Part shown: positions 44,738 to 54,200 of the stretch, one piece after another
How positions within the stretch are numbered: the stretch's first letter is position 1
Layout: each line of letters opens with the position of its first letter
Origin: Candidatus Omnitrophota bacterium
Lineage (GTDB): Bacteria > Omnitrophota > Omnitrophia > Omnitrophales > JACROU01
Direction: 5' to 3'
Assembly (NCBI GenBank): GCA_029261035.1
Contig: JAJDCD010000005.1
Location: 27,516-91,515, forward strand
DNA length: 64,000 nt
Notes under the pieces: model-generated
What the model saw: only the letters and a program-made list of their open reading frames with translations
The model's database searches: none
Told to the model about the DNA's origin: nothing
Program-made: the position numbers and the translations under genes

Positions 44738-45925
44738 ATGAAACGTTTAATTTTAACTTTTCTAATTTTTAGTTTATTAACTCCTGCGTATGCATCGGGT
44801 AATCCGTCTGATTTTTATTTTAAAGGAAAACAGGACTTATTTTGGGAGACTGAAAACTTAGTTGTCACAAAAATCATTCGATGTTCTGTGATGAGCCATT
44901 TCCGAGGTGAGGAGTCTCACAAGGCAAAGTTAAAAATTTATTTAAATGGTTATCGTATTAAAACGATTCCTTTATCTTTCACCGAGTCAGGACGTACCCT
45001 TCATGATTTTGAGTTTGTAGTTAAAAAAGAAGGAAGGCAGCTTTTAGAGTTTTTGATTGTTTTGCCTGAAGGAATGAAGGATGCTAGTGCTAAGAATAAT
45101 CGATTCACGGTTCCTTTTTTTGCTCCAGGAAAAGCGCCTCAAATCCCTGGTAGAAAAGTGATTAAGAATGTAAAAGTTAAAAAGATTCAAAGAATCGTAA
45201 AAGAGGGAAAGCCTGTTATCATCTCATTGGGTGAAGATAAGGTGCTTAAAGCTCAACAGGAAGTAGTTGTTCAGGCGCCACCTGTTGAAGTAACCCCATT
45301 AGAAAAACCTGTTGTAGAGAATATTGTTAAGTCTCCTGCTAAGAGAACTCAAGTTGAACGCGAGGTAAAAATTACTCCAATTCCTAAAAAGGTTTTTGAG
45401 AAAACAGTTGAGATGAAAAGAAACGAAAATACAAATTCCGTAATTTCTACGATAGAAAATAACTCGATGTTTAATAAACAAAAAGAAGTCTATTATGCGC
45501 CTATTACGAAATTGACAGAAGAACCCATAGTGATTGAAAATGAAGATCTTTTTTTAAGCGCTTCGGATATTAAAGCTTCGACGAAATTAGACAAGCCCGC
45601 TATAGATGTATTTTTTGAAGGACCACAGGCTATTAGTCTAAAAGCGAATCAAGTTATAGAAAATGAGTTATTCGATTGGGTTTTGGAAATTAAAAGTAAG
45701 GGCTATGGAGAAGGGGAAGTAGAAGTTGTTGTTGCTGATGGTGACAGACTTATTTTGACACAACCTGTTTGGATTAAAGCAGGAAAGACAACTCGGGTAC
45801 CTATTAGCACATCATTTTCCCGTCCGGGGAATCATCGTTTGACCGCCATGGTCAATACCAATAAGAACGTGATTGATACAGATATGAACAATAATATAGT
45901 TGAGAGGGTAGTACAAGTACGATAA
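44738..45925 (+). CDS. Secreted hypothetical protein with CARDB/Ig-like terminal domains and a Pro/Val/Lys-rich linker
   Basis: Signal peptide ending AYA; C-terminal PGNHRLTAMVN..VIDTDMNNN resembles CARDB. Confidence 0.6.
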   Translation: MKRLILTFLIFSLLTPAYASGNPSDFYFKGKQDLFWETENLVVTKIIRCSVMSHFRGEESHKAKLKIYLNGYRIKTIPLSFTESGRTLHDFEFVVKKEGRQLLEFLIVLPEGMKDASAKNNRFTVPFFAPGKAPQIPGRKVIKNVKVKKIQRIVKEGKPVIISLGEDKVLKAQQEVVVQAPPVEVTPLEKPVVENIVKSPAKRTQVEREVKITPIPKKVFEKTVEMKRNENTNSVISTIENNSMFNKQKEVYYAPITKLTEEPIVIENEDLFLSASDIKASTKLDKPAIDVFFEGPQAISLKANQVIENELFDWVLEIKSKGYGEGEVEVVVADGDRLILTQPVWIKAGKTTRVPISTSFSRPGNHRLTAMVNTNKNVIDTDMNNNIVERVVQVR

Positions 45926-46019
45926 CCAGCCTATACTTTCCATAACTTATCTTATTCTTGATCTTTTCTTTATATTCACTATAATTAAATTTATTATTTA
46001 AATTAATTAAAGGTGGATT

Positions 46020-46703
46020 ATGTCTTCTTCTGTAAAGTTTTGGCCTCAATCGGAACAACCTCGAGAACGTTTGAAAGAGAAGGGGGTTGTTTCTTTGTCG
46101 AATGCAGAGCTAATAGCATTGGTTTTGCGGAGTGGGGATAAAGAGAGTGACGTGCTTTCTTTTTCTCGGCATCTTTTAGATCGTTTTGGGTCTTTGCGGA
46201 ATTTACTTAACTTGGATTGGAGTGATCTGGAGCAGGTAAAAGGGCTTGGACCGGCTAAGATAGCAAGTCTTCAGGCTGCCAGTGAGTTAGGGCGCCGAGT
46301 TATGAAGGAAGATCTTGTTGGGAAGCATTACTTTAAGGATATAGATGATGTATTGAGTTATATTAAAGCCTCCTTAGGAGGTCTTAAAAGAGAGGTTTTT
46401 AAAGTCATCTATCTGGATTCCAAGCATTCCATTTTATCGGAGATGGATTTGTTTCAGGGAAGCATAGACCGAAGTGTGGTATATCCAAGAGAGATAATAA
46501 AATCAGCACTTGATTGCCATGCTAGCGCGATTATTCTGGTGCATAATCATCCCTCAGGCCATGTTCAGCCGAGTTTAGAAGATAAAAGAATTACGAAAAA
46601 ATTAAGTATTCTCTGTTCGGAGATATCGATAAAAGTGTTAGATCATGTTATTATTGGGTATAATAAATACTTCAGTTTTAGAGAATATGGGATGATTCAA
46701 TAG
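46020..46703 (+). CDS. radC: RadC family protein (HhH + JAB)
   Basis: PRERL, KGLGPAK, VYPREI, HNHPSG and LDHVII motifs. Confidence 0.92.
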   Translation: MSSSVKFWPQSEQPRERLKEKGVVSLSNAELIALVLRSGDKESDVLSFSRHLLDRFGSLRNLLNLDWSDLEQVKGLGPAKIASLQAASELGRRVMKEDLVGKHYFKDIDDVLSYIKASLGGLKREVFKVIYLDSKHSILSEMDLFQGSIDRSVVYPREIIKSALDCHASAIILVHNHPSGHVQPSLEDKRITKKLSILCSEISIKVLDHVIIGYNKYFSFREYGMIQ

Positions 46704-46714
46704 GAGAGCTGGTT

Positions 46715-47659
46715 TTGAAGAAAATTATTCTTATTATTTTATTTAGTCTTATTATTGTTCCTTCTGTGCTCGCTCAGTATTTTGACGTTTCAGATACAGT
46801 GACTCAAAAGCAGTATTTTGATCGAATTCTGCGTCAATCGGTTGAGCGTCTTCAAGTTGCAAGTGTGAAGCGTTCGATTCAGCTTAAAAAAGTAAATCAA
46901 TCCATAGCCAATACGGTAAGTGCAGCCCAATATTTTTTTAATGATGAAAACTTAGAATTAGCAAAAGAAGATATTGAAAAAGCGCAGTCTCAATATGATG
47001 ACAATGTTGTTGCGCACCTTTTAGCTAGTGAAATTTATCAAAGGCTCGGAGATGAAGAATTAGCGAATGAGGCTAGATTAAGCTTCTTGAAGAGAAGTTC
47101 AAAAATGCCTTGGATTGCGAGAGATGTTTTTAATTCTGAATCCAGAAAATTTGTTTATGATTATGTTGCTAGCTATTTAAGAGAATACGGTTATGAAGTA
47201 CCAAAAGCTAGAGGGATAAATCAGGTTCCGTTGATTCAACAACTTTCTTTGAGAGAGGGCTCTATTTTAACGGAAATGATCTCTCTAGGGCTGCCTATGA
47301 TTGTGTGTATTGGACTGGTGTTTTTTATGTGGCGCTCAATGACGGGTTCGGATATATGGTTTGGGTTTTGGAATAAGATTTTAATACAAAGTTATATTGT
47401 ATTTGTTTTTACTTATATTATTTGGATTGCTCATTTGTTTTTACAAGTACCTATATTTTTTAAGCCTGTAGAATACGAGATTTTGATTGTCCTTTTAGGT
47501 GGGATTTCAATTATTGTTGTAGAGAAATTAGTAAGAAAAACGATCGAACGGAAAAGAATTCTTTCAGACCCTGCTCTCAGAGCTTGTCCTCATTGTCGGG
47601 AAATTATTCCTAAATTAGACCTCATTTGTTCCTCTTGCGGTAAAAAAATCGAAGACTAA
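46715..47659 (+). CDS. Membrane protein with an extracytoplasmic TPR-like region, three TM helices and a C-terminal zinc ribbon
   Basis: Signal peptide, TPR-like helices, hydrophobic segments, CPHC...CSSC. Confidence 0.65.
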   Translation: MKKIILIILFSLIIVPSVLAQYFDVSDTVTQKQYFDRILRQSVERLQVASVKRSIQLKKVNQSIANTVSAAQYFFNDENLELAKEDIEKAQSQYDDNVVAHLLASEIYQRLGDEELANEARLSFLKRSSKMPWIARDVFNSESRKFVYDYVASYLREYGYEVPKARGINQVPLIQQLSLREGSILTEMISLGLPMIVCIGLVFFMWRSMTGSDIWFGFWNKILIQSYIVFVFTYIIWIAHLFLQVPIFFKPVEYEILIVLLGGISIIVVEKLVRKTIERKRILSDPALRACPHCREIIPKLDLICSSCGKKIED

Positions 47660-47790
47660 AAAACTTATAAACGACTGAACTTAAAAGACATAGGAATCAT
47701 TTGTTTTTTCTGTCGTCTGTACTCTGTCGTCTGTTCTCTCCAATCGGTTATACTTTAAATAGGCAATAAGTTTGGTCGAATTCAAGGGGG

Positions 47791-48483
47791 GTGGATAATA
47801 TGATGTGTAGACGCGTCTTAGCAATCGTGTTAATCGTGTTCGTGTCATTTGCTTTCATGCCAGTTGAAGGGTACGCAGGAAGTGCTGTTCAAAGCATGGG
47901 GGATAAAGCTTCTAGAGGCTTAGTGAACACATTGACAGGATTTATGGAAATTCCAGCGCAAGCTGTGAAAGGTGCTAATAGAGGAGTATCTATGATCGAC
48001 AATAAACCAACTTCTCATACAGCAGGGATGTTGTTAGGGGTGATGCGGGGTGTAAGCCATGGAGCAGGACGAACGGCATCAGGTGTGAGTGATTTGGCTG
48101 GTTTCTGGGCAGCAGACTATTCCAACAATGATGGATATGGACAAATGTTGGATGCTGAGTATTCTTGGGAGGATGGAACCTATCATTCTCTTACAGAGCC
48201 TAATCTAATGGATGGAATTAAACCAATTCCAATGAAAGGTATCAGAGGAATTGAAAATGTTGTTCTTTCACCATTAGCAATACCTGGTCACACAATGTTA
48301 AGTGCAAAGGAAGATGGTAATGTTGTAAAAGGTCTCTTTATGGGGTCTTGGTATGGGGTTAGTCATTTATATGATGGCGCAATGGATGCCGCCACGTTCT
48401 TACTTCCAAATCCGGAAAATACGGTTGGAATGAAGTTCAAAAATGATAAACCATACTATGCTATGGAAGAAGCTCTAAAATAA
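47791..48483 (+). CDS. TIGR04073-like (exosortase-system-associated) protein with a tandem duplication
   Basis: Two similar units, KASRGLVNTLTGFMEIP..G..G.. and KGIRGIENVVLSPLAIP..G..DAATFLLP; signal peptide. Confidence 0.55.
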   Translation: MDNMMCRRVLAIVLIVFVSFAFMPVEGYAGSAVQSMGDKASRGLVNTLTGFMEIPAQAVKGANRGVSMIDNKPTSHTAGMLLGVMRGVSHGAGRTASGVSDLAGFWAADYSNNDGYGQMLDAEYSWEDGTYHSLTEPNLMDGIKPIPMKGIRGIENVVLSPLAIPGHTMLSAKEDGNVVKGLFMGSWYGVSHLYDGAMDAATFLLPNPENTVGMKFKNDKPYYAMEEALK

Positions 48484-48560
48484 GGGGACGCAATTTTCCT
48501 CTAAAGGCAAATCTTTACTTTTCTAAATGACCCAAAGCAAAGATTTGCACTTTTAAGATG

Positions 48561-48607
48561 AAGGGGACAGGCAGCTTTTTATTGAAAAAGTTGCCTGTCC
48601 CCTTTTT
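48561..48607 (+). terminator. Intrinsic terminator, GGGGACAG family hairpin
   Basis: AAGGGGACAGGCAGCTTTT..AAAAGTTGCCTGTCCCC-TTTTT. Confidence 0.7.
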
Positions 48608-48657
48608 CTGTCTGTGGTAGAATAGGGCCTATTCATTAACAAATAAAGGAATTTAGT

Positions 48658-50607
48658 TTGGCAACAAAACAACAATCACATAATTTTGATGGACGAACAG
48701 TCGTTACTTTTGAAAGCCGTATGGCGGACTCTATGATTCGTATGATTGAAAATCAAGGAGGGAAGCCCGTGTCGGCACCCTCAATGCAAGAAATCCCTCT
48801 GGAGAAAAATCCTGAAGCATTCCAATTTGCAGAACGATTACTTAAGGGAGATATTGATGTTATTTTGTTTATGACAGGAGTGGGGGCTCGTTATTTATTG
48901 CAAGTATTAGAAACTCAATATACGAAAGAACAAATAGTTGACGCGTGGAAGAAAACAATGGTTGTCGCTCGAGGGCCTAAAGCAGTAAAAGCGTTAACAG
49001 ATTTAAATGTACCTGTAACACTGGTGGTTCCAGAACCGAATACATGGAGAGAAGTTTTAGAAGAATTAGACCAAAATGAAAAAGGTGTTTCTTTAGAGGG
49101 TAAAGTGGTTGCTGTCCAAGAATATGGAATACCTAATGATTCGTTAATTGAAGAATTAAAGCGAAGAGGGGCTTGTGTGGTTCAGGTCCCGGTATATCGT
49201 TGGGCGCTTCCAGACGATCTTACCTCGTTGAATTATGCAGTAGATCAAATTCTTGATAAGAAGGTTCCTGTGGTACTTTTTACAAATGCGGCTCAAATTC
49301 AGCATGTGTTTAAAGTTGCTAGTGAGCGAGGGGTCGGAGAAGATTTGAGAACAGCATTTAATGATGTTGTGATTGGTTCTGTGGGGCCTACATGTTCTGA
49401 AGCTTTGATAGCAAATGGTCTAAGAGCAGATGTGGAACCGGTTCACCCGAAGATGGGCCCTCTTATTACGGAAACAGCAAGGCGTGTGGCTGATATTATT
49501 AAAGAACGAGAGAATCCTTCCATTAAAGTGAATTCTTCTAGAGAAAGGTGTGATGCAGTTTCTCACGAAGCTCTTTCTAATTCTATTTTTATGAGGGCTT
49601 GTAGAAAAGAATCCGTAGAACGAACACCCATATGGTTAATGCGTCAAGCGGGACGTTATATGAAAGAGTATATGGAAGTTCGTAATAAAGTTACTTTTCT
49701 GGAATTATGTAAGAGTCCTGAACTTGTTACTGAGGTTACAGTAACGGCGCAACAGAAATTGAATGTGGATGCCGCTATTATTTTTGCGGATATTCTTTTG
49801 ATTATCGAACCTCTAGGTTTAGAGCTTCGTTTTGATACGGGGCATGGGCCTGTCATTGAAGGGGCTCTTGAATCAGAGAAAGATATTTCTCAACTTTTGG
49901 AAGTGAATCCTGAAGAAAGCCTTTCTTATGTTTTTGATGCTATCAAAATGACTCGATCTGCTTTGCCAGCGGATATTCCGTTATTAGGATTTTCTGCAGC
50001 GCCTTTTACTTTGGCCTCCTACATGATTGAGGGAGGGGGTTCTCGTAATTTTGAAAAGACAAAAACATTGATGTATTCGAATCCTCAGGCTTGGCATTTA
50101 TTGATGGAAAAAGTTTCGGGAGCTTTGGCGCGTTACTTGATACTTCAGGTAAAAGCAGGGGCTCAAGCATTGCAAGTTTTTGATAGTTGGGTAGGAGCTT
50201 TGGGTGTTGAGGATTACTTGAAGTATGTATTTCCTTATTCAAAAAAATTAATAGATGCTGTTAAAAAAGAATTACCTAAATGTCCTCTAATTCATTTTGG
50301 AACAGGAAATCCCTTGTTGCTCAAGCATATGAGTGAAGCAGGAGGGGATGTGATGGGTGTCGATTTTAGAATGGATATCGATACAGCATGGAAAGATGTT
50401 GGTAGAGAAAAAGCCCTTATGGGTAATTTGGATCCACTGGTCCTTTATTCATCCAAGGATGTAATTAAAGAAAGAGCACATCATATTTTAAATCAAGTGC
50501 AGTCGAGGCCTGGTTTCATTTTTAACTTAGGTCACGGAATCCTGCCCAAAACCCCTGTTGAAAATGCACAATACCTTGTTGACGTTGTGCATGAATGGAA
50601 AGTTTAA
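48658..50607 (+). CDS. hemE: Uroporphyrinogen-III synthase / uroporphyrinogen decarboxylase fusion (HemD-HemE)
   Basis: N-half ARGPK, VYRWALP, SVGPTCSEAL (HemD); C-half PIWLMRQAGRY, DAAIIFADIL, QVFDSW, IFNLGHG (HemE). Confidence 0.9.
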   Translation: MATKQQSHNFDGRTVVTFESRMADSMIRMIENQGGKPVSAPSMQEIPLEKNPEAFQFAERLLKGDIDVILFMTGVGARYLLQVLETQYTKEQIVDAWKKTMVVARGPKAVKALTDLNVPVTLVVPEPNTWREVLEELDQNEKGVSLEGKVVAVQEYGIPNDSLIEELKRRGACVVQVPVYRWALPDDLTSLNYAVDQILDKKVPVVLFTNAAQIQHVFKVASERGVGEDLRTAFNDVVIGSVGPTCSEALIANGLRADVEPVHPKMGPLITETARRVADIIKERENPSIKVNSSRERCDAVSHEALSNSIFMRACRKESVERTPIWLMRQAGRYMKEYMEVRNKVTFLELCKSPELVTEVTVTAQQKLNVDAAIIFADILLIIEPLGLELRFDTGHGPVIEGALESEKDISQLLEVNPEESLSYVFDAIKMTRSALPADIPLLGFSAAPFTLASYMIEGGGSRNFEKTKTLMYSNPQAWHLLMEKVSGALARYLILQVKAGAQALQVFDSWVGALGVEDYLKYVFPYSKKLIDAVKKELPKCPLIHFGTGNPLLLKHMSEAGGDVMGVDFRMDIDTAWKDVGREKALMGNLDPLVLYSSKDVIKERAHHILNQVQSRPGFIFNLGHGILPKTPVENAQYLVDVVHEWKV

Positions 50608-50619
50608 CCTCATTAGATT

Positions 50620-51036
50620 ATGTCTAAATTTCCTGTTTCTTCGAATAAAGAAAAAGAACTATTGGCCAGAATGAAACAATGGAACATTTCTGAAGATGAT
50701 ATCGAAGAAACGTTTGTGCGGGCTCAGGGACAAGGAGGTCAGAAAGTAAATAAAACATCTAGTTGCGTGATGTTGTATCACCGACCCACTCGTTTCAGAG
50801 TTAAATGTCAATCAGAGAGGTCTCGAGCAATGAATCGATTTCTGGCAAGACGTATTCTGCTGGATAAAGTTGAGCAGAAAGAATTAGGAAAACAAAGTAA
50901 GAAACAGCAGCAAATCGAAAAAGTGCGCAGGCAAAAAAGGAAACGCTCAAAAAGAGCTAAAGAAAAGATCTTGAAAGAAAAGAAAGAGCAAAGCCAAAAA
51001 AAGACCCTCAGAAAGCCTCCTGCTAAAGAAGAGTAG
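50620..51036 (+). CDS. Peptide chain release factor-like ribosome rescue protein (ArfB/C12orf65 type)
   Basis: GQGGQKVNK, CQSERS and a Lys/Arg-rich C-terminal tail. Confidence 0.85.
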   Translation: MSKFPVSSNKEKELLARMKQWNISEDDIEETFVRAQGQGGQKVNKTSSCVMLYHRPTRFRVKCQSERSRAMNRFLARRILLDKVEQKELGKQSKKQQQIEKVRRQKRKRSKRAKEKILKEKKEQSQKKTLRKPPAKEE

Positions 51037-51064
51037 AGTTTCCCTTCATTTTTTTCTTATTCGT

Positions 51065-51152
51065 TAAGTTCTTTCCATATATTCAGTTGGGACATTTATA
51101 AGTATTTCAATGGAGGAGTGATTTTGACACAGCCCTTATTAGATGTTAGATT
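51065..51152 (+). promoter_or_regulatory. Dyad plus sigma70 promoter of gene F
   Basis: TAAG-N17-GTTG at 51065-51089; TTGACA (51124)-N17-TAGATT with TGn. Confidence 0.55.
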
Positions 51153-51201
51153 TCTCTCCTTTATAAAAGACTTTATTTGATGATAGGAAGGGGTTTTTGC
51201 A

Positions 51202-54200
51202 TTGTTTTTTATTAAATTATTCAACCAGTTCGTGTCTTTTGTTCTAATTTTTATTTTGGCTTTCCCATCACCCGGAATGACACAGTCTGTTTCATCTCTT
51301 TTGACTTCTAGTTTAAATTCTCAAGGTTCGCTGATCCATATTTCTTCAAATATTGGAGAGGTGAAAGAAGTTTATAAAGGGGATAGCCCTTATTTTATTT
51401 TGCACATTCAAAATGCTCATGCCAACGAGACAGCGCAAAGAAATGTTGAGGCTATATTAAAGCAAGTTTATCAAAAAGATTTTTATCCTTTAATTCAATT
51501 AGAAGGTTCTGATGCTCAACTAGATCCAGAAGTTTTCCATTTTTTTCCTAACTCAGAACTTAATATAAGAGTAGCTGATGAAGCAGTAAGAAGAGGTTTG
51601 CTCACAGGAGCAGAACTTTTTGCTCTTACTTTAAATGAGAAAGGATACTCAAATTTAAAGTCTCCAACCCCTTTGATTCAAGGTGTCGAAGAAATTAAAG
51701 CCTATACCCAAAGTTTAAAGCGAATTCAGAGCGGATTAAAACAGAAGAACCAGTTTGAGGCATCTTTGAATAGGGTTCAAACGCAAATGAACAAAGAACA
51801 AAGTTTAGGGTGGAATAAAGAGCTTTTCGAGTTTAGTCGAAAAACACAAAATTTTAAATCTAATCCAAATTCAATTCTTAAGTATATTCACTATTTAAAT
51901 AAATTGATGCAAAAACATCTCAATATAGATCTTTCTCACTCCTTTTATCAAAAACAATATCCTTATGTTTGCCGTATTTTAAAATTGCAGGAGTTAGAGA
52001 TTTCCCAGTTTCAACTTTCAGCAAAACAAGAAGTGGATCGTTTGGAGAAAGATATCCAGGGTTGGAATCAATCAGAAGAGTCTGTGAAGCAAGGGTTGGT
52101 ACAAGGGCTGCAAGCACTTAAAGCGAATTTAGATTCTCATCCAGAAGGGAATATCCGATCGTTTTTCGAAATACTTTATTTAGAGGCAGAAAAAAATAAG
52201 TTTAGTTGGATGAGTTTTGAAGCTTTTAAGAAATGGGCTGCTTTTTTAATTATTCAACAAGAGGTTAAGGGAGTTGATTTGTACCAAGAGCTAGAGCAGC
52301 TTACCAGCCAACTATATAAACGATTCGTAAAGACTAAAGAAGAACAGTATTTGCTAGACAGATCTCGTCTTTGGGAGTTTATCGCTAAAATATTACGTTT
52401 TGAACTCACTTCCCAAGATTGGAAAGAATACCTTCTATTAAAAGAATCTTTTTCATTATTAGTGGGCGAATCGGAACTCCAAGAAGGCGTTGATAATGCG
52501 GTTGAGTTTTACCAGCTTTCAGAAGCGAGAAATAAAGTTTTATTTCAAAACACATTAGAAAACTTAAAAAAACATAATAAAGAAAAAACCGTTTTAGTAA
52601 CGGGGGGATTTCACACCTCTGGGATAACGCGCTTGATGCGGGAAGAAGGAATTTCCTACGTGGTGGTTTCTCCAAAAATGGGAAGCGATTATGAAGTAAC
52701 TGGGTATCAACAACAACTTTTAAATTTGAATGAAGAATTGGATGCATCTACTCTAGAACTTCCTTTAAGAACTATGAGAGATATTGATGATTTAAATAGA
52801 CATCATTTAGATGTGAAAGCTCAACTAAATATGGAATTAGATTTGGTCTTACAGTTTTTTCCAGAATGGGTAAAGGGAGAAAGTGATTTAGAATTAATTG
52901 CCAAGCGCTTAAGGGATGTTATTGAACGTCATCCTCATTTAAATAGAGTTGGGTACAAAATTCTTGTTGAAGAGGGTCGTATTCGCGTCCTAAACCCAAA
53001 TGGAGAAGAGTATCACCGCTTGTCTAAAAAAGACCTAAATGTTTCAACGTCAATGAATGCCGCTAGTCTTGGGGCTCCAATTTTTATGGATATGGAAAGT
53101 TTTGCTTCTGACTTGATTTACCTTTATGAACGGTTAGATCCGAAACGTTTTGATAGTGAAGCGGTAAAGCTGCAGAATAATAGCAAGGAAATATTAGAAG
53201 TAAAATCTAAAGTATTTGATGTTTTAGAACGTTTGGCTACAAAGCGTGTGATTCATGTTTCTGTAAAAATAGCTTTAGAGAAATTGTTTAACCCTAAAAA
53301 AAAGGGAGGTAAAAAAGGGAAGAAGATAAAATTAATAAGAAATTCAAAATATCGATTTTCTGAAGTTCAAATCTTATTGCTCTTAAGAGAGCTTTTGCTT
53401 CACGATGGAGAAGAACTTTCATCATTGCCAAAACATCCTCAATATGAAGATATTCATCTTGTTTATAGTTTTCACGAAAACCATGCTTCTACTAGAGATT
53501 TTGAAATTATTGCTGGTGAGCTAGATAAAGTTGTACAAAAAGCACATCAAGAAGAAAGACCTCTTGTGGTGATATCGGATGTAGATTATATGGGCTATGA
53601 TGAGTTGATTGATTATTTGACAGGAAAAGAAAATGGCATTAAACAACAATTAAATGGAAAGTATAAATTTGGTCTCGGAAAAATTCAGAGCTTATCGGCT
53701 ACTTCGGTAAAAGCGGTTTTTGCCCGTATATCAGCGATGTTAAAAGAAGGGTATGATGAACCGACGATTATTACGAGTTTGATGAATAAAGATGAAGTGT
53801 TTCAAAAATTACTGATAGAGTTGGTGGGAAAACATTGGGAGCATGAGAGAAAGAAAGCTAAGGATATTCGAGAGTTTGTCAAAAAAGAACCTGAAACTCC
53901 ATTTCATAAAGCTTATGTGGAATGGTTATATGAGCTCGACAAACAAATTCGCGCTAAAAAGTTAAAAGTTAAAGCGTTTTCTCATTTATTAGAAACTACA
54001 CCAACGGGTTCTATGTCAGAAAAAAGAGTCATGTTGAATATCTTATTTATGCGTGCGCTTCAAGCTTTGAAACGGGGAGATATGGAAAAGGTAAACTATT
54101 TTATTAAGGGTTTTAACCGATTTATGATTGATCTTACTCGAGTAAGAAAAGAAGCTTTAGCTTTGCAGATACAAGATATTAAAAGGAGCAAGCCCAATGC

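Noticed and set aside
46020-46703. radC as a marker of an integrative element
   Set aside because: Full-length HhH+JAB chromosomal type, with no integrase, relaxase or att repeats nearby.
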